Source: Candidatus Atabeyarchaeum deiterrae (GTDB lineage: Archaea; Asgardarchaeota; Atabeyarchaeia; Atabeyarchaeales; Atabeyarchaeaceae). From it: a stretch of 64,000 nucleotides of DNA. The notes beneath the pieces were generated by a model. That model was given only the letters and a program-made list of their open reading frames with translations, did no database searches and was not told the origin of the DNA. Location: NCBI GenBank assembly GCA_037310415.1, contig CP147780.1, forward strand, positions 2,176,001 through 2,240,000. Direction: 5' to 3'. The stretch's first letter is position 1. The number at the start of each line of letters is the position of its first letter. Position numbers and translations under genes: made by a program. Shown piece by piece: positions 40,993 through 50,202 of the stretch.

Positions 40993-41093
40993 ATCCATCA
41001 ATCTCCAACTAGTGCCATCGGAATTCTATAAACTTTTATCTTTGTTCAAAGCCATAGAGTTTGAAGCGCACTTGCAGACTGGGGTGATATCTA

Positions 41094-41315
41094 TTGACGT
41101 GCTATTTCAGGCATCTTCAACCAGTTTTCGAAAAAGTAGGCTTAACGGTTACGCTTGACAATAAACGTGAAATCGACGAGATAATACATGGAATTGTCGG
41201 GGTTAAGTACAAGAATTGCCCCTCTGCTTGGAGAAAAGTGAAGAAGAGGCTAGCGGAGGACGAAGAAGGATTCGTCTCTGATCTAAAGAAAGCGGTTGGG
41301 CATACGCAGGTGTAG
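41094..41315 (+). CDS. Small conserved-looking hypothetical protein
   Basis: 73 aa, TCYFRHL..IHGIVGV..CPSAW; GGGGTGA RBS and TATA-like element upstream. Confidence 0.65.
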   Translation: MTCYFRHLQPVFEKVGLTVTLDNKREIDEIIHGIVGVKYKNCPSAWRKVKKRLAEDEEGFVSDLKKAVGHTQV

Positions 41316-41406
41316 GCTTGCCAAGTGCCACAGAAGGACTCAGCGCTGACATCCAGTGACCTTGATTCAGGAGTTCTGAGGTAGAGCAAATATCTCATTT
41401 ATCGCT

Positions 41407-42975
41407 TCATCTATTTTGTGGAACCAGTCTTATGCCCTGAGTTGTGATTTCGTACTCGATCTGCCGTGAAGGGATTGAAGTGAAAGCCATCTTGTCGATT
41501 CTAAGTTTGCGCATCAGCTTTCTTCGAACCCAGACATTCTCCATTTCTATCACCACATCAGCAGTTCCTAGGCATGCGTGGAGAAGGTTTGCTTCGACTA
41601 CACTCGATCGAACAACCGCCAAAAAAGTTTCATCTGTTCGCCTCGCAGAGTCCGCAACCATGCGAGCAAGTACATAGGAGGATTTCAGATCCAAATAAGG
41701 CGCTAATGCAGTAAAGGAATCAACAATGACGGGCAATACCTTTGCTTCACCAAACTTACTGGCAATCCTTTCTCTCTCTGTTCTCATGAAGTTATCGAGA
41801 ATTCTTCTACGCGCACTGACTCCTTTCAACCCTTTTTCTGAGGATCTTAGGTCTCTTGTAAGGAAATGGAATACGTCTATCAGAACAAGCTCCTTGTCCA
41901 AGTAGGGCTCGACATTCCATCCGAAACTTTTGAAGCGTTTAATCACCATGTCAGGAGTCTGGTCAGCACAGTAATAAGCCACTTTTTCCCCTGCCAGCAG
42001 TTTTGACCAAGCAAACTGTGCGCAAAATGTTGATGTTCCGGTTCCCACGTCTCCTTTCAAACAGATAAAAGTGCCTTTGGGGAAACCTCCTTCGAGAATC
42101 AGATCTAGCCCACTAATCCCGGTGGGCGTTCGCTCCGTCTTGGGCAAAGCTAAGCCTTTCCTTGTCTCAACCTCAGAGCTTTCGTCAAGACCATGAGTTG
42201 TCTTTAAACGTTCCCGAAGATTGCCATGCTTCGTTTCTATTCCTTTGCCAGTTATCTCATACTCCATAGAGAGGCTCCCTGTAGGTGCAAAAGGCATTTT
42301 CTCGACGAAGAGCTCCCTAGTTGGACCTCTGCTTGTCCATTTCATTTTCAGTCGGATCATTCCGTCGACGGAACGAGTGAGTGCCTGAACAAGGTTTCCC
42401 TCCAACACACCTTCGTGAGCTACTATGAGGGAAGCGTTTCCCGCTGCCCTAATTCTTTCACAACCATCAATTACCAACTCATTAGCCACACGAACATCAA
42501 TGAAAGGGGCCAAAGCTGTGAACGAGTCTGTGATGTGTGTGTGTGGAACGCTGTCTTTCAGCGGATATCTAGAGGACGCCTCTTTCTTGAAGACGTCTAT
42601 GCACTCATCCGACGTGACTGGCCTCAGGTGCTCAATGTCATATGCTTTTGAGATACCCATGCTATTGCATAACAGTTGGTATCCATCGATTATCACAAGC
42701 ATTCCACTATCTATGGACTTCTGGATATCGAACCCTGCAAAATTGAAGTACTTGTGCAGAAGCACTGGATGATAGTCATACAGGGTGAAGATCACTCTTC
42801 CACCCCTGTTGAGTACGTTCACTGCGATTTGAACACAGAAGACGGTCGTTCCGGTGCCAGGAGCCCCAATCAATGCAGTTGTCGAGCCTTTTGGAAGTTC
42901 CCCAGCAAGGATGTCGTTTATGCTCGAGGTTCCAACGATTCCCTCAACCGACGAGTCATCTTCTTTGGGGTTCAA
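41407..42975 (-). CDS. Double-domain KaiC/RAD55-family ATPase-like protein with degenerate Walker A motifs
   Basis: Two RecA-like domains: LAGELPKG..GAPGTGTT..ITDSFT and TGISGLD..GGFPKG..GDVGTGTST..IVDSFT; each ends in L.(V/I).KM..EYEIT..GI; TTG at 42975 after GGGAGG (ORF track starts at 43089). Confidence 0.85.
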   Translation of the reverse strand: MNPKEDDSSVEGIVGTSSINDILAGELPKGSTTALIGAPGTGTTVFCVQIAVNVLNRGGRVIFTLYDYHPVLLHKYFNFAGFDIQKSIDSGMLVIIDGYQLLCNSMGISKAYDIEHLRPVTSDECIDVFKKEASSRYPLKDSVPHTHITDSFTALAPFIDVRVANELVIDGCERIRAAGNASLIVAHEGVLEGNLVQALTRSVDGMIRLKMKWTSRGPTRELFVEKMPFAPTGSLSMEYEITGKGIETKHGNLRERLKTTHGLDESSEVETRKGLALPKTERTPTGISGLDLILEGGFPKGTFICLKGDVGTGTSTFCAQFAWSKLLAGEKVAYYCADQTPDMVIKRFKSFGWNVEPYLDKELVLIDVFHFLTRDLRSSEKGLKGVSARRRILDNFMRTERERIASKFGEAKVLPVIVDSFTALAPYLDLKSSYVLARMVADSARRTDETFLAVVRSSVVEANLLHACLGTADVVIEMENVWVRRKLMRKLRIDKMAFTSIPSRQIEYEITTQGIRLVPQNR

Positions 42976-43116
42976 AACACTGCCCTCCCGCACAATTGGG
43001 GTCACAAAGCATACCATACTATAAAAGTATTCGTCGGGAAATCGGAGACACTCTTGCAGCAGACTCCCTCGGCGAGTCTCGCAATTCACGCCGTTGACTT
43101 GTTCATCAAGGCAATA

Positions 43117-44343
43117 CTAGTGTTGAAGTAATTGACCTTTTATGATTGTGGCGTAGATTGAGAGATCTTCTTGGTTGAGGATAACTAAGTCGGCATCTTT
43201 CCCTTTTTCTATGCTTCCTTTCCGAGCATCCACGCCAATCACTTTCGCTGGGTTGATTGTCGCCATCTTGACAGCCTGTTGAAGAGGCAGACCCAGCGAA
43301 GTAACTAGGACCCTAAGCGATCTATCTAATGTCACCGTGCTCCCTGCTAATTGTCCTGTCGGGAGAGTGCAGACGCCGTTCTTCAGCTCCACGCTGAATC
43401 CCATCAAGCTGTACTTGCCGTCCGGCATTCCAGCTGGGGGAATGCTATCTGAAATGAGAACAACCTTTTCAGCGCCTTTGGTTTTGATTAGCAGTCTCAT
43501 AGCGCCTTCATGAACATGGACATTGTCGGCAATCAGCTCAGCAGTTACGTCGTCTCGCACAAGCACCGCTGCCAGAATACCAGGGTCTCTCTGTTTGAAA
43601 TCTCTCATGGCGTTGAAGGTGTGAGAGGCGTGGGTCACGCCTGCGTTGATTGCCGCCAACATTTCCTCATATGTTGCGTTGCTATGCCCCGCGGCAACAG
43701 TAACCCCTTTTGCTTTGACTCTTTTGATGAATTCAAGCGCCCCAGGCACTTCAGGAGCGATGGTTATCAGCTTGACGTTTCTTCCAGATTCGTCGTATAT
43801 TAGATCAAATTCGTCAATGCTTGGATCTCTGATGAAGTCTACAGGTTGAGCTCCTAGCTTTGTCCTGCTTAAGTATGGACCCTCCAAGTTCATCCCAAGA
43901 ACTTCCGCTTCGTCCGAGACCACTTCGGATCCGATCAGTCCTGCTACCGCCCTAGTCGTGGATAACAGCATCTCGTTAGGCTCTACTCCCGTCGTTGGAA
44001 GAAAAGAAGTAACACCGTGACGCGGGAAGGAGGAAGCCATCTTTTTGATTGACTCTATTCCGCCGCTTAATGCGGAGCCGCCGTTCAATCCATGAGTGTG
44101 GATATCAATCATCCCAGGAATCACTATCTTGCCCTTGGCATTCAATTTGCCACGGGAAGCTCTCTCCGTTGTCTGGCGAACACCGCCTTGCCTGATATCG
44201 GCTATCATTCCTTCCTGGATTAGGACTGATCCGTGTTCGATTATCCTGTAAGGAGTGACTACTGCCGCATTCTCAATAAGTGAGATGTCCTTCCCATGGG
44301 CGTTGTGTTTTGGCAATTCTAGGTTGGTACCTCTCTGTCGCAA
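43117..44343 (-). CDS. nagA: N-acetylglucosamine-6-phosphate deacetylase
   Basis: PGMIDIHTHG, LEGPY, TIAPE, GHSNA, HTFNAM, ADNVHVH, ISD, LAGS, NPA. Confidence 0.93.
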   Translation of the reverse strand: MRQRGTNLELPKHNAHGKDISLIENAAVVTPYRIIEHGSVLIQEGMIADIRQGGVRQTTERASRGKLNAKGKIVIPGMIDIHTHGLNGGSALSGGIESIKKMASSFPRHGVTSFLPTTGVEPNEMLLSTTRAVAGLIGSEVVSDEAEVLGMNLEGPYLSRTKLGAQPVDFIRDPSIDEFDLIYDESGRNVKLITIAPEVPGALEFIKRVKAKGVTVAAGHSNATYEEMLAAINAGVTHASHTFNAMRDFKQRDPGILAAVLVRDDVTAELIADNVHVHEGAMRLLIKTKGAEKVVLISDSIPPAGMPDGKYSLMGFSVELKNGVCTLPTGQLAGSTVTLDRSLRVLVTSLGLPLQQAVKMATINPAKVIGVDARKGSIEKGKDADLVILNQEDLSIYATIIKGQLLQH

Positions 44344-44567
44344 TCAGCAATCATCATTTTTCAGGGATCGGTGAAGCAATCTCTTCCTTCCTGCTATTTG
44401 GCGGTTGACGATACTGGGGTGTCAGTCGCTTTTGGCGGAGTTCTCTGAAAGCCGATATGTCTAGTCATCGATTGATAGTGTTTTTGCTATCTGTCCTCCA
44501 ATTTGAAAGAGTAGAACCCGTGAAAGGAGAACGTGTATTGCTTCTCGATTCCTAGATCGACTCAAGG

Positions 44568-46225
44568 TCACAGAAATCTTATTGCTTCTTCGAGTCTTTT
44601 CTTGAGCGTATCGTTCACTGTCTTTCCGTCGGCCTTTCCTCGTAATTGTTTCATCACGTCTCCCATTAGGGGGCTTAATGCTTGCATTTTCTTCTCCCTA
44701 ATTAGATCCATGTTCTTCTTGATCGTTTCCTCGACGATTTTGGCAAGTTCACCTGTAGAGACTTCTTTTATTCCGAGTATGCCGATTGCCTCGTCCACAG
44801 TCGCTGTCTGATCCTTCGCAAGGTACACCAGTATATCGGGTATTGCTTCCTTCGCAACTTTCTCTTCGTTAAGTTCCTTGAAAACTCGTTCCACTTTCTC
44901 GTCTCCTATGTTTTCCACAGTAATACCTTCCCTTTTCAAGTACTTCAACGTGTTCTGAAGCGTTGTGGCAACGAGTGCCGGCGAAACATTCCTCATCTTT
45001 TCCACAATACTCTCGAATAAATCCAAGTGATACGATCTGATCATTGCTTCAGCAAGTTCTTTACTGAGTTTGTATTGTTTGACGAATCGTTCGAACTTCT
45101 CCTCTGGTTTTTCGGGGAGAGCTTCCTTTATCCTGGTGATCCTTTCTGAGGTTATGGGAACGATCGAAGTGTCCGTCTCAGGATACATCCTTGCAGATCC
45201 TGGTTTTGGTCTGCTGTACTGCGTTGACCCGTCAGGCTTTGCCCCTCTTGTCTCTTCTGGGACACCACTAATCGCTTCCCTTGCTCGCTCAACTGCCGCA
45301 TCTAGGGCGTCTTTGGCTTTCTTAGGTTGATCGGCGACAAGTAGGATACAGTCATCTTTACCGGCTGCCAGTCGTTCTTTTACCTTCTTGACTTCTTCCT
45401 CTGTTATTCCATATGCTGGCAATTCATCAGTGTGGAAAATCCCTCCGACACCGCCCCAGAAAATTGCTCTCTCAGACATCTCTGTGCCGAGACGTCTTCC
45501 AGGTTGAACCTCTCTTCCGACGAGTCCAGCGAACTTCGGAAGCACTGTTGCTAGCACAACTCCATGTTGATCCAATGCTTTCCTCATGACTTTGCTCTTG
45601 GATTCTTTGAACAACTCTGACAGATCAGCAGATTTTCCTTTGACGTCATCCTTCTTGACGTTTCTGTTCTTAAGCTCATCTCTGATCCTGACTAGGCTAA
45701 GCTGTCTCTGAACCTCGAGTTCAACGACGCGTGCCAGAAGTCCAAGTTCCTGAACACCTTTGACTTCTATTAACGCTCCGTCCTTAGTTGACACGTTTAC
45801 GTCTTGTCTTATTGTTCCAAGTCCACGCTTCACTTTTCCAGTTGCTCGGAGGAGTTGACCGATCTTGTATGCCGCGCTTTCAGCTTCTTCTGGACTGTTT
45901 AGGTCGGGAGCCGTGGCTATTTCCACGAGAGGGATGCCTTGTCTGTCCAATCTGTATACGACTTCGTTCTGTGTCTCGCTCATCTTCCTAGCTGCATCTT
46001 CTTCGAGAGAGATGGTCTGAATCCGGACGCTTTTTCCATTTTCCAGCTCAATTTGACCACCCAAAGAAATCAAGGCCGTTCGCTGGAAGCCTGTGGTGTT
46101 TGAACCGTCGATGACAATCTTCCTCATGACATGAATCTCGTCGATGGGGCAGCTGTTCAAAAGCAAAGCCATTTCAATTGCTGTATCTAGGGCTTCCTGG
46201 TTCAATGGGTGAGGAGGCTCATCGT
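44568..46225 (-). CDS. gatE: Glu-tRNA(Gln) amidotransferase subunit E, exon 2 (joins exon 1 at 46267..46522; spliced product 637 aa)
   Basis: DEPPHPLN, MRKIVIDGSNTTGFQRT, LEEDAARK, YRLDRQGIPLVEIAT, KRGLGTIRQDVNVS, GIFHTDELP, ARMYPETD; lacks the GatE N-terminus, which is in the adjacent upstream ORF. Confidence 0.95.
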
Positions 46226-46266
46226 CTAGGCCAGCAACTCTCAACCATCTTAGAAGGAGATGCTGT
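46226..46266 (-). other. 41-nt bulge-helix-bulge (BHB) intron in the gatE mRNA
   Basis: Central helix AGGC/GCCU, two 3-nt AGA bulges, intron stem CAGCA/UGCUG, exon stem GUUG/CGAU; removal restores the frame and CLVEAD-DEPPH. Confidence 0.88.
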
Positions 46267-46522
46267 CTGCCTCAACTAAACAGGTTCCCTCACCATACAT
46301 CTCATACATGAAAGTCTTCCCTTTGTGGAACTCGAAGAGAGCAGCTTGGTCGACCTGACCCAATTCACTCTGTGTTGGGCGAAGTCTTCGTTTGAACCTA
46401 ATACTGGGTTCATCTTCATGAATAACGATAGGGCAGCTGCAGAAAAGCTTGCCCTTGGTGTTGAGTTGCTGATGTAGTTCAAGCCCAACAACGGTTCCAG
46501 CTTTCGGATGATCAATATCCAT
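46267..46522 (-). CDS. gatE: Glu-tRNA(Gln) amidotransferase subunit E, exon 1
   Basis: VGLELHQQL..KLFCSCP, RRLRPTQSELGQVDQAALFE, CLVEA; ATG at 46522 (GTG at 46537 is an alternative). Confidence 0.93.
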
Positions 46523-46590
46523 ATGGATCCACCCCACACTTAAGTGTGCACATTGATTGGCTTAGTGATTCTTCTTACCAGTATTTCTCC

Positions 46591-48006
46591 TTACTCTTCT
46601 CTTTCGGCGGTTTCAGGAACCGACTCATCCGCGTGGGAGACTGCCGTGATCTCTCCGACGATGTTCGTTCTGATTAACTGGATTGTCTTCTCATGACTTT
46701 GTTCACTGCCAAGTAGCCACATTAATTTGACGAGTGCAGTTTCGGGCAACATGTCTTCCCCTGGTGTCACGCCCATGGCGAGTAGTTCGCGTCCTGTTCT
46801 ATAGACGCTCATATTAATGCGTCCCGAGATGCATTGACTGGTCATAACGACGATAATGTCGTCTTCAACCGCTCGCTTTATGGACCGGTATGTTCCTTCT
46901 GGAACGTGTCCAAGACCAGTTCCTTCCAACACGATGCCATGGTAACTCTTGTCGACCAACGCATCAATCAGTTCGCCCGCACTCCCAGGATACGTCTTGA
47001 CGAGACCAACCTTATCGTCGAATTTTGCCTGAACGTGGAGTTCCCTCTTTGCATCGCGCCTGGTATACTCGTCAACTAGCATTTTCACGTTGCCATCCTG
47101 AACTCGCGCTGTTGGTTTCGCGTTGATTGATCTGAAGGCATCTCGCCTGCTAGTGTGCATCTTCCTTACCTTCGTCCCCCTATGGCAAAGACTGTAGTTG
47201 TCTCCCATCTCCCCGTGCATGCACACGACGACCTCAGCAAAAGGGCCGCTTCCTGCAGAAACAACTGCGTTGATGAGGTTCATTGCAGCATCAGAAGATG
47301 GGCGGTCCGACGATCTTTGCGATCCCACAAGTACCACGGGGACTGGAAGTCCTTGAAGTGCAAAACTGAGAGCCGCAGCCGTGTAGTGCATCGTATCAGT
47401 CCCGTGAGCAACGACAACCCCGTCCAATCCGCCCTCTATAATGCGTTTGCCAATCGAGTCTGCGATCATAGACCATTTGTCAGATGTCATATTCTCACTG
47501 AGAATATTGCAGAGGATCTCTGCCCTAACGTTCGCAGTGTCCCCAAGCTCTGGAACCACATCGTACAGGTCTTGAGCTGAAAGTGCTGGGCTGACTGCTC
47601 CAGTTTTGTAGTCAACCTTGCTAGCGATGGTGCCTCCAGTGCTTAGGAAACTTACCGTGGGCAGACCTTTGACAACACGTCTCGGGGCTGCTATTGTGGC
47701 ACCTTGTTGCGTCCCCGCTTCTACGCTTCCCTTCTTCAAGATTGATATGATGATGTCCTGTTTCACGTCAATCCCGATATTGTAACCGCTTTTCTGTTTG
47801 ACAACAATGTGAAAATCATCGGTTGACACGACTGGTCGAGGCATCACAACGCCCTCGAAGACCGAGCCACTCTTTGTGCTGATCTTGACAAGATCGCCGA
47901 CGCTGGCACCTGCTGCCTTCAAAGCCTTTAAGGCTTCTCCGCGATAACCAAAATCAGAAGCTCCGCCACTGCCCTTCTCGGTGGAAGGATTTGCCTGCCG
48001 TTTCAA
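46591..48006 (-). CDS. gatD: Glu-tRNA(Gln) amidotransferase subunit D
   Basis: SGYNIG, STGGTIASKVDY.TG.V, HGTDTM, GSQRSSDRPSSD, RKMHTSRRDAF, GTGLGH, DMLPETA.VKLMW. Confidence 0.96.
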   Translation of the reverse strand: MKRQANPSTEKGSGGASDFGYRGEALKALKAAGASVGDLVKISTKSGSVFEGVVMPRPVVSTDDFHIVVKQKSGYNIGIDVKQDIIISILKKGSVEAGTQQGATIAAPRRVVKGLPTVSFLSTGGTIASKVDYKTGAVSPALSAQDLYDVVPELGDTANVRAEILCNILSENMTSDKWSMIADSIGKRIIEGGLDGVVVAHGTDTMHYTAAALSFALQGLPVPVVLVGSQRSSDRPSSDAAMNLINAVVSAGSGPFAEVVVCMHGEMGDNYSLCHRGTKVRKMHTSRRDAFRSINAKPTARVQDGNVKMLVDEYTRRDAKRELHVQAKFDDKVGLVKTYPGSAGELIDALVDKSYHGIVLEGTGLGHVPEGTYRSIKRAVEDDIIVVMTSQCISGRINMSVYRTGRELLAMGVTPGEDMLPETALVKLMWLLGSEQSHEKTIQLIRTNIVGEITAVSHADESVPETAEREE

Positions 48007-48081
48007 ATGATCTTAACACCTCCGAGGTGTCACCAGATTACGTCTTTGATTATTATAACACTATCCATTGTATCATAGCAG

Positions 48082-48112
48082 GATGATGGTGGCTCCTAAG
48101 AGCCGCATCATC
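48082..48112. other. Stem-loop in the asnS-gatD intergenic region (possible terminator or processing site)
   Basis: GATGAT-G-GTGGCTC-CTAA-GAGCCGC-ATCATC, ending 6 nt from the asnS stop. Confidence 0.45.
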
Positions 48113-48117
48113 GGAAC

Positions 48118-49485
48118 TCATGGATAACGCCTCGTCAAATATCTCGGGAAAGGTATGGACGCCCTAATGTGGTCAAGTTTGCACATCCATCTTATCAGTC
48201 TATCACACCCGAGTCCGAATCCACTGTGAGGAACAGTGCCATACCTTCTCAAATCTATGTACCATTCGTAGTCCTCGGGCTTCAGATGCTCCTCCTTTAT
48301 TCTGCTTATGAGAGCATCCTTGTCGTGTATTCTTTGACCGCCTCCAATTATCTCACCGTAGCCCTCGGGAGCCAGACAGTCACCGCATCTAACAACGCTT
48401 GGATCGCTCGGCTTCGGATAGTGATAGAATGGTTTTAGGCTTCTTGGGTATTCTAAAACAAAAATGGGCTTAGACAGATCCTCCGTCAATTTAAGCTCCT
48501 CATCAGCACCCATGTCATCACCGTACTCTATCGTGACGCCCTTCTTCTTTATGCGATCGATCGCCTCTCCATATCCTATCCGCTCGAAAGGTGTCTTGAC
48601 TGAAGCAAGATCCTCAGGGTCTCTTCCAAGCTTCTCAAGCCGCTTGCCGTATTTTTCAGCAATAGACTGACAGACGTGGGAGACAAGTTTCTCCTCGACT
48701 TGTACTATGTCATCTAGATCCATCCAAGCGGCTTCCGCCTCCGCATGCCAGTACTCTGTTAGATGCCTTGGAGTCTTCGACTTCTCCGCTCTGAAACTTG
48801 GTGCGACACAGTAGACCTTTTCGAGGCTCTGCATCATCGCTTCAAGGTAAAACTGAGAACTTTGTGTCAGATAAGCCACTTCGCCGAAGTAGTCCATCTT
48901 GAAGAGAGTAGCACCTCCTTCAACTGAAGCCGATATTATCATGGGCGGATGAACCTCAATCCACCCATCTTGTCTAAACCATTCTCTAATGGCTTCGAAG
49001 GTGTCTGCTCTTATCTTCATGATCAGTGTTTGCTTCTCCCCTCTTAGATGGAGGTGTCTTTTGTCGAAAAGAACATCTATACCTGCATCTATTGGAAGTG
49101 GCCACTCTTCCGCAAGCCCTTCTATATGGAGATCGCTAAGTTCCACTTCATGTCCACCAGGGGCTCGCTTGTCGCTTCTGACGGTGCCTTTCACGATGAT
49201 AGATGATTCACGTGTGACCTTCTGCACATTTTCAAAGACTTGTTTCGAAACCTTGTCCTTGTGAACACTAATTTGGATAATGCCAGTTCCATCACGAAGA
49301 TCAATAAACAACAGATTCCCGTGAACCCGTTTGTTGTAAACCCAACCCGCCAGAACTACCTCTTTCGACTCAAGGCTCTGGCCGCTCTCAAGTACCTTGC
49401 TCACGGGAACCCGACCTCTAAGTTGCCCAAGCACTGTCTCACTTCCTTTCAATTCTAATCGCAATCGATCAACCATAACAATCAT
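48118..49485 (-). CDS. asnS: Asparaginyl-tRNA synthetase
   Basis: LRDGTG, RHLHLR, EGGATLF, YLTQSSQFYLE, SFRAEKS.T.RHLTEYWHAEAE, GYGEIIGGGQR, RRYGTVPHSGFGLG (Asn-type rather than Asp-type signatures). Confidence 0.9.
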   Translation of the reverse strand: MIVMVDRLRLELKGSETVLGQLRGRVPVSKVLESGQSLESKEVVLAGWVYNKRVHGNLLFIDLRDGTGIIQISVHKDKVSKQVFENVQKVTRESSIIVKGTVRSDKRAPGGHEVELSDLHIEGLAEEWPLPIDAGIDVLFDKRHLHLRGEKQTLIMKIRADTFEAIREWFRQDGWIEVHPPMIISASVEGGATLFKMDYFGEVAYLTQSSQFYLEAMMQSLEKVYCVAPSFRAEKSKTPRHLTEYWHAEAEAAWMDLDDIVQVEEKLVSHVCQSIAEKYGKRLEKLGRDPEDLASVKTPFERIGYGEAIDRIKKKGVTIEYGDDMGADEELKLTEDLSKPIFVLEYPRSLKPFYHYPKPSDPSVVRCGDCLAPEGYGEIIGGGQRIHDKDALISRIKEEHLKPEDYEWYIDLRRYGTVPHSGFGLGCDRLIRWMCKLDHIRASIPFPRYLTRRYP

Positions 49486-49638
49486 GCATGATTTGAGTAT
49501 TAAGCAACGATCTTGACCTTGGATTATAAACTCCTTTCAGTCGAGAGAACGCTCCAGAAAACGGACGGAGTCAAGACCAGAATAAGAGGGACAAAAAGTG
49601 GAGGGGATTAATTGCTATAACCTCCCTCGTATTCGACT

Positions 49639-50202
49639 CTAGTCGTGTTTCATCGACAGAATCAGTATTGCTATTAACGCTGAAACCAACCACACGATCA
49701 CGAAAGACACTATGATGTCTATGAGCAGACTGCCAACTAAGATGTTGTATGCTGCCGAGAGTAGAGTCCAAATGCCGGCAACACTGTAGGTGTAGATACC
49801 AGTCCAAAAGACCCATAGTACGAGTGTTACTAGAATGTATATGACAGCGATGTTCAAGCCGGCTATGATGCCCTTTGATGCTACCCTTTCCTTCTTGGCA
49901 GTAAGACCGAAGATTAGCCCGCCTACGACGGCGCCAATCAATATGACAATTAGCGCTTCATAGTGTGCATTGATTAGATATGTGTACGATTGTAGCATTA
50001 TCCAGAATACACTCGTGACCATGCCTTGGAGAGCCGCGCGGACAGCTGGGTCCCCAACACCTGGAAGCGTCGATACAAAGCCTGTCAGAAGACCTGAAAG
50101 TGCGAATGACGTGAGCAATGCTGCGAAGATGCCGATGAGTGCTGCGAGCCATGTTCGTGGGTGTATGAATCCAACAAAGAATTGTTTTGCTGCTTCAGCC
50201 AT
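49639..50202 (-). CDS. Hypothetical membrane protein (4-5 TM)
   Basis: Hydrophobic segments; GAGGAG RBS. Confidence 0.7.
   Translation of the reverse strand: MAEAAKQFFVGFIHPRTWLAALIGIFAALLTSFALSGLLTGFVSTLPGVGDPAVRAALQGMVTSVFWIMLQSYTYLINAHYEALIVILIGAVVGGLIFGLTAKKERVASKGIIAGLNIAVIYILVTLVLWVFWTGIYTYSVAGIWTLLSAAYNILVGSLLIDIIVSFVIVWLVSALIAILILSMKHD

Noticed and set aside
40622-41008. Overlapping ORFs on both strands in the GC-rich element
   Set aside because: Pro/Arg/Ser-rich shadow translations of structured non-coding DNA.
46226-46266. gatE split as a sequencing frameshift, programmed frameshift or pseudogene
   Set aside because: The defect is 41 extra nt inside a conserved motif, not a 1-2 nt indel. 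There is no slippery run, both halves are otherwise undamaged, and the junctions form a strict BHB whose cut sites restore the frame. Reads are still needed for final proof.
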